Part shown: positions 39,524 through 51,289 of the stretch, in pieces | Numbering within the stretch: position 1 is the stretch's first letter | How the letters are laid out: every line of letters starts with the position of its first letter | Assembly (NCBI GenBank): GCA_030390025.1 | Contig: CM059432.1 | Span: forward strand, 64,854,001 to 64,918,000 | Source: Squalus acanthias | Lineage: Eukaryota | Length of the DNA stretch: 64,000 nucleotides | Reading direction: 5' to 3' | The notes under the pieces: generated by a model | What the model was told of the DNA's origin: nothing | The model's database searches: none | What the model saw: only the letters and a program-made list of their open reading frames with translations | Program-made: the position numbers and the translations under genes

Positions 39524-41580
39524 TTTTCATTCGTTCATGGGATCTGGGCATGGCTGGCAAGGCCAGCATTTATTGCCCATCTCTAATTGCTCTTGAGAAG
39601 GTGGTGGTGAGCTGCCTTCTGGAACCGCTGCTGTCCGTGTGGTGAAGGTACTCCCACAGTGCTGTTAGGGAGGGAGTTCCAGGATTTTGACCCAGCGACG
39701 ATGAAGGAACGGTGATATACTTCCAAGTCAGGATGGTGTGTGACTTGGAGGGGAACTTGGAGGTGGTGGTGTTCCCATGTGCCTGCTGCCCTTGTCCTTC
39801 TAGGTGAAAGAAGTCGCAGGTTTGGGAGGTGCTGCCGAAGAAGCCTTGGCAAATTGCTGCAGTGCATCTTGTAGATGGTACACACTGCAGCCATTGTATG
39901 CCGGTGGCTGAGAGAGTGAATGTTTTTTAAGGTGGTGGAAGGGGTGCCAATCAAGCGGGCTGCTTTATCCTGGACGGTGTCAAGCTTCTTGAGTGTTGTT
40001 GGGGCAGCACTCATCCAGGCAAGTCGAGAGTATTCCATCACACTCCTGACTTGTGCCTTGTAGATTGTGGAAAGGGAGTGAGACACTCGCCGCAGAATAC
40101 CCAGCCTCTGACCTGCTCTTGTTGCCACAGTATTTATGTGGTTGGTCCAGTTAATTTTCTGGTCAAAGGTGACCCCCAGGATATTGATGGTGGGGGATTC
40201 GGCAATGGTAATGCTGTTAAATGTCAAGGGGCGGTGGTTAGAATCTTGCTTGTTAGAGATAGTCAATGCCTGGCACTTGTGTGGTGGGAATGTTACCTGC
40301 CACTTATCAGCCCAAGCCTGAACGTCGTCCAGGTCTTGCTGCATGCGGGCATGGACTGCTTCATTATCTGAGGAGTTGTGAATGGCACTGAACACTGTGC
40401 AGTCATCAGCGAACATCCCCTTTTCTGACCTTATGTTGGAGGAAAGATCATTGATGAAGCAGCTGAAGATGGTTGGGCCGAGGACACTGCCCTGAGGACC
40501 TCCTGCAGTGATGTCCTGGGGCTGTGATGATTGACCTCCAACCACCACAACCATCTTCCTTTGTGCTAGGTATGACTCCAGCCAGTGAAGAGTTTTCCCC
40601 CGATTCCCATTGACTTCAGTTTGACTAGGGCTCCTTGATGCCACACTCGGTCAAATGCTGCCTTGATGTCAAAGGCAGTCACTCTCACCTCACTTCTGGA
40701 ATTCAGCTCCTTTGTCCATGTTTGGACCAAGGCTGTAATGAGGTCTGGAGCTGAGTGGTCTTGGTGAACCCAAACTAGGCATCAGTGAGCAGGTTATTGG
40801 TAAGTGCTGCTTGGTAGCACTGTCGATGACACCTTCCATCACTTTGCTGATGATTGAGAGTAGACTGATGGGGTAATTGGCCAGATTGGATTTGTCCTGC
40901 TTTTTGTGGACTGGATATACCTGGACAGTTTTCCACATTGTCGGATAGACGCCAGTGTTGTAGCTGTACTGGAACAGCTTGGTTAGAAGCGCGGCTAGTT
41001 TTGGAGCACAAGTCTTCAGCATGACAGCCGGGATGTTATCGGGACCCACAGCCTTTGCTGTATCCAGTGTGCTCAGCCGTTTCTTGATATCACGTGGAGT
41101 GAATAGAATTGGCTGAAGACTGGCTTCAGTGATGGTGGGGACCTCAGGAGGAGGCTGATATGGAACATCCACTCGGCACTTCTGTCTGAAGGTGGTTGCA
41201 AACGCTTTGGTCTGGTCTTTTGCACTCACGTGCTGGTCTCCACCATCATTGAGGATGGGGATATTCATGGAGCCTCCTCCTCCCGTTAGTTGTTTAATGG
41301 TCCACCACCACTCACGACTGGATGTGGCAGGACTGCAAAGCTTTGGTCTGATCCGTTAATTGTGGGATCACTTAGCCCTGTCTATAGCATGCTGCTTCTG
41401 CTTTTTAGCATGCATGTAGTCCTGTGTTGCAGCTTTCCCAGGTTAGCACCTCATTTTTAGGTACGCCTGGTGTTGCTCCTGGCATGCTCTTCTACACTGC
41501 TTATTGAACCAGGGTTGGTTCCCTGGCTTGATGGTAACGGTGGAGTGAGGGATATGCCGGGCCATGAGGTTACAGATTAT
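39524..41580 (-). mobile_element. CR1-clade LINE (second family), 5'-truncated
   Basis: ORFs 39583-40644 and 40690-41268 with RT motifs ([18 protein letters not shown]). Confidence 0.92.
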
Positions 41581-43958
41581 GCTGAGGTTTTCAGTCAGTT
41601 TATTACATATTAAACACCAAGGCAACCATAGTAACCAAAGTCTATTGCAAATAAAAACCCTTTTAAAAATTAAAACCCAATTTAATCGCTGGTGCTTGTG
41701 AAAATCACTCAGCTGAATCCAGTACCTCTTATTAAAAATTATACCTGCAACCTAATGGAAGGGTAGTATTCATCGGCTCACACTGCCAAATAGGACTAGA
41801 GCACTTAGAGAACGAATAACAACTGGCATTTATATAACATCTTTAACATAGAAAAATGTGACAACGCACAGAGGTGTAATGGAGTCCAAGCCATTTAAAG
41901 GGGGCAGTTAAAATAAGGACTGTCTCTTAGCCCCTCTGATCCTGCTGCCTTCCCACCATGTCCCAATCTTAACCTGCTCTTTTGAGCAAACGAGTGGGAG
42001 GCCCGGTGGAAGGAAGCGGGGTCCTTCTTTAAATATGCAGTTCAGGACTGATGATGTCATCAGGACACAATCTGCAATTTTAGTTGGAGACCTGAGCAGC
42101 GAGTGACAGCTTCCCTGTCAGGCCTAACCAGTCTGGAGCTGGGTCATGGGTCAGAAGAGGCCCCGCAGGTAAATTTGACAAATTTAATTTTAAGTTTCCT
42201 TGTGTGCCAAGAGGAGCAGGAGTGCTGCTCTGGGCCTCACAAGGAAGCCTCCCTGCCCCCTCCCCCCCACCGATCGCGGCCAGAGCCTCAACTGAATTAT
42301 CAGCAATGAACAATAAAGGTGTTCTGCAAGGCAATGTATTAATATTTTGCTACATGTTTGCACACTTACCTTGGCAACCTCATGCAGCCCTGCAAATCTC
42401 TTCCTCACCTGCTCCCATTTATGTACTATCACCTAGAACCATGCTGCTCTTCCACTGCTCTTTAACATAGGGCGACTCTCTCTTCTAAATAAAGCCTTCG
42501 TCACCACAGAAGCACTATCGCCATATTTAGCCATTTTCATATTACCTGCAGCAGAACAGCTTTAAGTGCGGCCGCAGTCCCTTTGAGAGCTGTTGGTGCT
42601 GAAAATCCCATCTGACCTACAGACGTGCCCAGCTTGTCTTGCACCAAGTATTGGGAGTGCCGAAAAAATTCAAACAAACTGAACTCACTTCTTGCCCCAC
42701 ACATGCACGCAGTATTGAATTAACAGAACTGTGACCTCATTATCGGTCCCATAAAGTGTATGAAATGCCTTCATCTACTATTTTAACAAAAGTGCTAACC
42801 AATTCATTTTATTTTAATGGCTTATCGCTTTTCATGCAATAATGTACAGAAGAATGTCAAAGAAATGTGAGTATTGTACAGGCAATTGCCACCCATAAGT
42901 TGTGTGCAGCAAAAAATAGCTCTATACCTTGCTACCTAAGGCTAGCTCAAACTGGATTCTAAGACATAAAAAAAACTGAAGGAGACATTATGGGCCAAAA
43001 AAATACATGTTCCCTTGCCGAATGGTCCCATTACTGCAGGTGCAGCTTGAGAACATGGATGAATTGCAAACAGCAGCAAAAAAAAACCCAAAAGATACAA
43101 AATGCAAATAGATTTATTTATTGAAATTAAAAAAGGAAAACAGATGCAATCAGTAATTTTAATCAGCAATTTCCAGGACCATTTATTTTTAGCTCAGGTT
43201 TGATACTTTAATAATGAGTCTGTGACCTCCCAGGAAGTGAGTACTTTGATGTAGAACGGCACTAGAGTCCCTCCTGAGAACAGCAGATGCAAGCTGCTAG
43301 TACAGATTCATGAAAGACTCCATTAGATTGCAAGAAATGTTTTTTGGGGTTCTGAAATCATAGAATCATAGAATTATACAGCACAGAAGGCAGCCATTCG
43401 ACCCATCTAGCATGTGCCAGCTCTTTGGTAGAGCTATCCAATTAGTCCCACTTCCCTGCTCTTTCCCCATAACCCTGTATTTTTTTTTCCTTCAAGTATT
43501 TATCCAATTCCCTTTTGAATGTTACTATTGAATCTGCTTCCACCACCTTTCAGGCAGTGCATTCCAGATCACAACAACTCACTGTGTAAAAATTTTTTTC
43601 CTCATGTCGCCTCTGGTTCTTTAACCAATCACCTTAAATCTGTGTCTTCTGGTTACTGACCCTTCTGCCACTGGAAACAGTTTCTCTTTATTTACTCTAT
43701 CAAAACTATTCATGATTTTGAACAACTCTATCAAATATCCTCTTAACCTTCTCTGCTCTAAGAAAAACAACCCCAGCTTCTCCAGTCTCTCCACATAACT
43801 GAAGTCCCTCATCCCTGGTATCATTCTAGTACATCTCTTCTGCACCCTCTCTAAGGCCTTGACATCCTTCCTAAAGTGTGGTGCCCAGAATTGAACATAA
43901 TACTCCAACTGAGGCCTGTCCAGTATATTAAAAGTGTTTAGCATAACTTCCTTGCTTT

Positions 43959-44232
43959 TAGAAACATAGAAACATAGAATCTAGGAGCAGGAGTAGGCCA
44001 TTCGGCCCTTCGAGCCTGCTCCGCCATTCAATACGATCATGGCTGATCATCCAAATCCAGTACCCTGTCGCTGCTTTAATCCCCACAGTACACATACCCC
44101 ACCCTACCCCCGTAACCCCACGTATTTAATTCCCCCTAACATATCCCATCCTATCCCCATAACCCCACATATTTAATTCCCCCTAACACTAAGGGTCAAT
44201 TTATCATTGCCAAATCAACCTAACCCACACAT
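43959..44232 (-). mobile_element. 5'-truncated HE1-like SINE with an alternative CR1 tail and an internal tandem duplication
   Basis: 44095-44232 matches the 27350-27435 part of the HE1 copy; 43959-44090 matches the tails of the CR1s at 31880-31973 and 55898-55990. Confidence 0.75.
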
Positions 44233-44946
44233 TTTTGTACTCTATGCCTCTACTAATAAACCAAGGATCCCATATGCTTTTTTAACAGCCTTCTCAACTT
44301 GTCCTGCCAGCTTCAAAGATTTATGTACATACACCACCAGGTCTCTCTGTTCCTGCACCCCCTTTAAAATTGTACCATATGGTTTATATTGCCTCGCCTC
44401 ATTCCTCCTACCAAACTGTATCACTTCACACTTCTCTGTATTAAATTTCATCTGCTATGTGTCTGCCCATCTCATCAGTCTGTCTATGTCCTCCTGAAGT
44501 CTTTTATTATCCTCTACATTGTTTACTACATTTTTGAGTTTCGTCTCATCTGCACACATTGAAATTATGCCCTATACACCCAAGTCCAGGTCATTAATAT
44601 ATATCAAAAAGAGCAGTGGTCCTAATACCAACCCCTGGGGAACACCATTTTACTGACTTCTGTCCCTTAGCCAATTCTGTATCCATGCTGCCACTGTCCC
44701 TTTCATACCGTGGGCTTTAATTTTGCTAACCAGTCTATTACGTTGCACTTTGTCAAACGCCTTTTGAAAATCCATATACACAACACCAACCACACTACCC
44801 TCATCAACCCTGTCTGTTATTTCATCAAAGTACTCAATCAAGTTAGTCAAACATGATTTGCCTTTAACAAATCCTTGCTGACTTTCATTTATTAGCTAAT
44901 ACTTTTCCAAATGCCAATTAATTTTGTCCTGGATTATTGTCTCTAA

Positions 44947-46637
44947 GGGGGGAATTTTTCGGGGTGTCAGCGGGTGCGTTTAGTGGTGGGTTGGGTGGGA
45001 AAAAAAATTTTGACAGCAGGTCGGCAATTTAGGTCATTATAACCTTGTTAAGAGCCACTTAAAAAGTATTTTGAGTTCACCTTTAAATTTTACAAGGTCG
45101 CCCACGGGGTCCATGTTGCTTGGGGATTACATCAGGTAAGCAGGTCGGGAGTTGTGTTACCATGAAATCTCTTTGCTTGACAGCTGCAAATGTGTTATAA
45201 AAGCTCCCATCTCATAGCTGTTCACTTTCCAAGCTCAGAAGCTGTTGCTTACTGCATTTGGAAGACAGATTGAGCTTTATGCAGGTTGTAAGTGTTTGGA
45301 GTAAATCCCTATCCAGTGTCACCTCATTGGAACAACCTCTCTCCCCATTGACAGATCGCTTCTGTCATCTCAACTTCACCTGCCATCTATTAGAGCAGCA
45401 TCAGTGCCCCTGAAACTATCTCACCTTGGTCCTCAGAATCCCACCACGATCAGCCCCAACACCAGCAGCACCAGGCACACCAGCAGCACCAACAACAACA
45501 CCAACCTTCTCCGCAATCAACTGATGCTGCACAGGACTCAGGGCATCAGCACCCGACCACATTGCTGCCCGGGACTCCAGGGATGGCCTCACCATGGCCA
45601 GATTTACTTCACTTGACGCTGTACAGCGCTGGCTGCCATATGATGCGCCAGGTTGGCACCACCCCACAACAACACCATAAAGCATCCCTACAATGCCCAA
45701 GCCATTCCTTTCACACTCATCACCATTGCGGGGGGTGCCGTTATGTCTCACTGTTCACTGCAACTCACTAAGCCACTTACAAAGGTGCACACAGATCTGT
45801 CCAAGAATGCAAAGTGTTGAAAATAAAGATTTCCATGTTTGACAGCACATTAACAGAAACTTCACATGAACATTGGCTAAAACACACAAGTGCCTACCCT
45901 TGTATGTTGTTAGTTGGTATGATTGGACTAGGATGAGGGTGAGTGTGAGGGATGTTTAGTGAGATGGGGAAGTGATAATGTAGATAGAGAGGGATGGGTG
46001 GAGGTGCAAGGTAAGTTGGTGTGAGTAAGGATGTGCAGGAGTAGGGTAGGGAAGGCAGAGTGTGATAGGGATGTGATGAGTGGCACAGCAGGATGAGGTT
46101 GAGTGTGGCTTGCAGTAACGTTTCGTGATCTACTGAGATCATTGAATTGTTTGTGCCACTGCAGCCTAGTCCTCCTGACGACATCCCTGCTTGTGTCCTC
46201 CTGTGCAATGTGCAACTAGGCTGTGTTGATCTCCAGGGGAGGTCTCTTCCGCCCATTGGAAGGAAAGAGAACCTCCCTGTGTGCTGTGACTCCCTCCATA
46301 AGCATATGGAGGGAGTCATGGGAGAGCCCGGGTGCAGCCGTGCACCTCTGTGCAGTGCTTGTCAGTGTTTGCAGCACCTCAATGCTGTACAACACTGACA
46401 GCACAACTGTCAAATAAATTTGCGCATGGTCCCTTTAAGAAACTGGTTGATGACGTGTCATCAAGTGACGTCATCAGACCCACTTCCTTCAATTGGCCGG
46501 GAAACGCACTGGGTGGGCTTAACAAGCCCAATCAACGTAAAATCACTTTGGACAGCGGGCTGGAGCCAGCAGCGAGGTCAGGACCTGCCACCGACCCCGG
46601 CCGCACCGGACCCGCCGAGGTAGGGGAAATGGCGGCC
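44947..46637 (-). mobile_element. Non-autonomous Harbinger derivative with Myb/SANT exon remnant (same family as 22665-24327)
   Basis: Ends ggggggaatttt/gaaatggcggcc, TSD taa/aaa; the CR1 host is continuous across it. Confidence 0.85.
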
Positions 46638-47260
46638 AAACAGTTTCCCCACCAATGACATTGGGCTGACTGGCCTGCAGTTGTCGGATTTATCCCTCTC
46701 CCTTTTTTTAAACAGGTGTGTAACAATTGCAATCCTCTGGTCTTCTGGCACCACCCCTATATCCAAGGAGGATTGGAAGATTGTAGCCAGAGCCTCTGCA
46801 ATTTCCACCCTTACTGCTCTCAGTAACCTAGGATGCATCCCATCTGGACTGGGTGACTTTTCTACAATGAGGACTGCACATAATCATGAAAGTTTCAAAT
46901 TCATGCCCCCATTTCAGATTACCAGTGCTGTGATTTCAAATATTTGATTCAAATTAACAGAAGTTTAACTAAAACACTCACAAAGCTTTACTGAATCAAT
47001 TGTGTATAAGTGAATTCTGGAAATGTCCTTAGTAAGGAACCCCTTGAAAATGGCACCATCCCAGAGCAATGTGAAGGAGTGTCACTGGCTATGTACCAAT
47101 GTGATGGGCAGATTGACAATAGAGATTAGTTGCTTTATCAGCTTTCATATTAATATTATGCAAAGTGATGGAGCAGGTACATACTCTCTTCCAACTACCT
47201 CTGGATTAGCGATGGTGTTTTAAAGTGCTTGTATTTGTCTCATGGCTGATGTATGTCCTG

Positions 47261-47716
47261 GTGTCAGCCTTGGCTCAGTGGTAGCACTCTCGCCTGAGTC
47301 AAAAGGTTGTGGGTTCAAGTCCCATTCCGGAGACTTGCGCACAAAATCTAGGCTGACAGTCCAGTACAGTACTGAGGGAGTGCTGCACTGTTGGAGGTGC
47401 CGTCTTTCAGATGAAATGTTAAACTGAGATGTCTGTCTTCTCAGGTGATTGTAAAAGATCCCATGGTAATATTTACAAGAAGAGCAGTGGAATTCTCCAC
47501 AGTATCCTGGCCAACATTTATCCCTCAACCAACACCTAAAACAAATTATCTGGTCATTATCACTTTGCTGTTTGTGGGACCTTGCTGTGTGTAAATTGGC
47601 TGCTGGGTTTCCTACATTACAACAGTGACTACACTTCAAAAAGTACTTCATGTAAAGCAGTTTGGGACGTCCTGAGATCATGAAAGGTACTATGTAAGTA
47701 AGGTAAGTCTTTTCTC
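47261..47716 (+). mobile_element. Full-length Deu-domain SINE
   Basis: Colinear with 2998-3472, including A/B boxes and tail. Confidence 0.9.
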
Positions 47717-47853
47717 TAGAAACTATAATAATGTTAACTCTTGCCTGACTAAATCAACCACATTTGGATTTATTTGTTTTCTGGCCTACTTCTGTGCTTC
47801 TAACAATTATTCATTGCACTTAATCATTTTAGTCAGAATTGATGAGAACCTAC

Positions 47854-48082
47854 CAAGAATAACCTTCAGAGATGGACGAAACCTTCTCCATGAGTTTCTA
47901 AACATGGCAGTTGCAATTGGCCTTCCCAACCACTCAGAAAACAAAACTTGGTGGTAAACAAATGGTGAGAGAGCTGCTTCTTCAGTCAGTAGGACAACTA
48001 CTTTCTTCGCTGTTGCAATCTTAGGACCAGTGATCTGCAGGAATTCTTTCTTGGATTGGCCTAGTTTCTCATGAGATAAAAC
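47854..48082 (-). CDS. Exon B of TIR-like domain protein: VLSHEKLGQSKKEFLQITGPKIATAKKVVVLLTEEAALSPFVYHQVLFSEWLGRPIATAMFRNSWRRFRPSLKVIL(G)
   Basis: Acceptor gttttactttccag|, donor G|gtaggt, 229 nt open; pattern fits TIR alphaB-betaC-alphaC-betaD. Confidence 0.82.
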
Positions 48083-48389
48083 CTGGAAAGTAAAACATTG
48101 GTAAATTAGGAATTCTGTGTTTAGATGGTGAGGATATACAAACATGTGGCACTATAATACTGAGGTAGATTCTACACCATAGATCAATGTTTAAATATTT
48201 GAATTGTTTGACTTTGCCGGCTTGACAATTGGCCATTCATTAAGCTAAAATAAACCTGTTTCAATCACTTGGTTATTGCTGCTGTTGACACTGGTTCCAT
48301 AGCAATGACTTAGCTTGGTGCTGTTTCAAAGTTATCCACTTTGTGTCACAGTTTTGAATATGATCCCGATGGGCTGCCAGCATACTCAC

Positions 48390-48518
48390 CTGTTTACCTC
48401 CAGGAACTGGATGCATGCTCACTACTAGACCACCAGAGAATGTACACAGTTTGTCGTCCTCCACCAGTGCACCAGGGTTAAGATCCACCAAAAGACTGTC
48501 ATAAATCATGAATACATC
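48390..48518 (-). CDS. Exon A of TIR-like domain protein: DVFMIYDSLLVDLNPGALVEDDKLCTFSGGLVVSMHPVPGGKQ
   Basis: Strong donor CAG|gtgagt in phase 0 matching exon B; DVFMIY resembles TIR betaA DVFISY. The 5' boundary is uncertain (aag| acceptor or an internal ATG; in-frame stops just upstream). Confidence 0.65.
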
Positions 48519-51289
48519 CTTGACCAATATTCACTAAATGACCCCAATTGACATGACATATGCCCAGCTCAAGATCAAAAATATTATATTAACCTACAAC
48601 TTCTACTCTTTAAGAAAAACACAGGAGAATATAAATATACAAATTTAAACACATAAAATAGGTTTTAAAACACTAGCTTTGCTGTTATCAATTTTGAAAA
48701 TGATGATGTTCATGTGCCATGGCATTTTTAAAAATAGATTAGGTGCTACTTCTAAACTCAAGTGGTCCAAAGCTGGGTTGAATCAAGTATTTGTAAGTAG
48801 GTCATGGGCAGATTTAAAGAATTCTGGAGTTTTCAACTCGGGTGGCACTTGTCACTATCCTTATAATGTATGATTTTGATTTTGAGGATGCTATTCCATA
48901 GTGAATTAATTAGTCAGCAATTTTTTGCTATTGTTAATTTGGTTGGACAAAAATTAACTGCGATACACCAGATAAAAAATGGTTTATTAACACTTGCCTG
49001 TTAGTGCAATAATAGAAGTCTATGTTTAAGCTTGAATAACTTATACTCCGGATGGCATCAATACAAGCATTCAAATTGCTATTTTGGGTTCAACAATAAG
49101 CAAGGAACTGGGAAGCAGCAACATGTTTGAGGGCCATAGAAAGAAAAGGGAGGTTGGCAATGAGGCCTTAATTGGTCTGAACAAGCTTCAAACTGGCCAA
49201 AAAATGTTTCGGTAATGATTTTAACTGGAGTTTTGAACTTCCAAATGCAGCATGTCCCTGTTACTTCTATTTTTAATGTTCTCCACCAGGTTTAGCATCT
49301 ATAGCAGTGGGTACTAGTACAAAAACCCAGCAGAGAAATTGGCCCCAAGTCAAAGCTCAAGTTCATTGCATATTAAGATAAGGATATACAGTGCAAGAGA
49401 AAGGTTAAAATAACATGTCCTCTTGGATCAATCTACTGTGAACAAATTTACTGTGAACAGGCACAAGTACATGATGCATTCTGACATTCTCAGAGACAAG
49501 ATCTCTCTGAAAATGGCTGTTTGGAGTAATACATCACTTATGTACAGTACTGTGATATTTATGATGTGGTCACTTTGGCCTTAAGTCATGCTACAACCCC
49601 AGCAAATTATCAGAAGAGAAGCTCAATCAAGCCTCATACAAAGAGCTGCCCTGCAATACAATCAACAAAGATTGAATGTGATAGAGTACACTACAAACAA
49701 TTTAGTACAGATACCATAGCCTGGAAATTACTGTTGGCAATATAGGTGAATGAATCTTTAACTCATCTGTATGATATTCCTCTATATGTTATTTTAATGC
49801 CTCCATTAAAATAGCAAAGGAATGTTATACAGACACATTAAGCATTCCTCTGCTAAATCAACTACAGTAATGCCTAAACTCAGGCTTTAACTTTGCAGCC
49901 TTGAGCCTATAACATAAAATTAGACTGCAGAAATATTTACAGTCCTGAACAACAGAAAAAGCAATACAAGTACCAGCAATGTAAAAAAGGAAACCCAACA
50001 TGGATTACACCAAAACTGGACGTAACATTGGTAAAGTTCATAGAATGGAACCGAGAGACTGATTGGTCCATCTGTTTATGAATCATCAGCACTGCAGTTA
50101 ATTATTAAAGTTAATTTATCAGTCGAGATGGCTTTGCCACATCAACAAAGTGATTAATTTTAATGTTTTCTACTTTAGAAACACTCCCAACAATAGAAAA
50201 ACCTGCTACACTGAAAGAGATACAATTGTCTTTGCTTTTTTATTTCATTTCCCTTTTAATTAATTGATTCCTTCCAAGTTTCTATTGTACTTTTTTAACT
50301 ATCATTTTATTCTTTGTAATATGTTTGTTCCCTTTAGTATTGCTTTTGTTGAAATATTTTGACTAGAGTAGTAATGTTCATTTTGCGTAGCTCTTGATTC
50401 TATGGAATGAATACATTTGGATTAAAGAGCAGATGCGTTGTGAAGGTCATGACCTACAGGCTGCAACAAAATTCACGGAGATAGTGGAAACTAAAAGGGA
50501 GTGTTTAAATAAATCTTTTCTGTGGATTTTTATCTGGCTATCTATCTAGTCTTATTTTAAAAAGACAGTTGTTAATAGAATTTGGGAGTTCACAAGATAT
50601 ACTTGGGGAAGCAATTTTAATAGGAAATCCAGGTAAACCAAGCAAGCTGATCTACCTGTTAGAGACTTTAGGATATTGTGTCTGTGTGAGGAATAACCTT
50701 CCATATGATGGTAGGTACGTAGGTGGGACAGGGCCTCAACTTTGATCGCAAAGGAGGTAGAATATATCCTGAGGAGTTTGTTCACCTAGTTCATGTGTTC
50801 TAACTAAAATAATTATGGCAATGGAGGAGAAAGGTCCATTTCAAGAAAAAGGCCCAGTAAAGTCATTGGATGTCCAGAGAAAGGTTTTGCATTTCATCAA
50901 GTGCTCCCTTCTTGTTCAGATAGCACCAGCTCAGGATGATAAGAAGACAGCTGGATTAATGAGAATATATATCAATATGTTCTCTGCATTTGCTTGTCAG
51001 AGCATTAATATCCTAATTCCACGGTTTTACTAATGCTAACATTCTTCCATATAAAATCCTATAATACTTTGCTGAAGGTAACTTTTCATCATTTTTGGCA
51101 TTAATGTTAACATTGGAAATCTGGCCAATCCTGAGTTTGGACACATTGGGATGTTTTTCTACAGAGAAGGCACTATATAAATGCAAGTTAAGCCAACTGT
51201 AGGGAGCACAATTCTAATTCTACAATGCCTTAGCCACACACAAGAACAGCTCGCCTCACAGACAGGTCTCTGTCTGAAATTGTAGATGC

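Larger units (their letters stand above)
43356..46870 (-). mobile_element. CR1 LINE, 5'-truncated, interrupted by a SINE and a Harbinger derivative
   Basis: RT motifs [11 protein letters not shown] and RPQLEYYVQFWAP; (atcataga)n tail at 43356. Confidence 0.9.

Noticed and set aside
50552..51033. Short ORFs upstream of exon A as additional exons
   Set aside because: Weak splice signals and no recognisable protein pattern.
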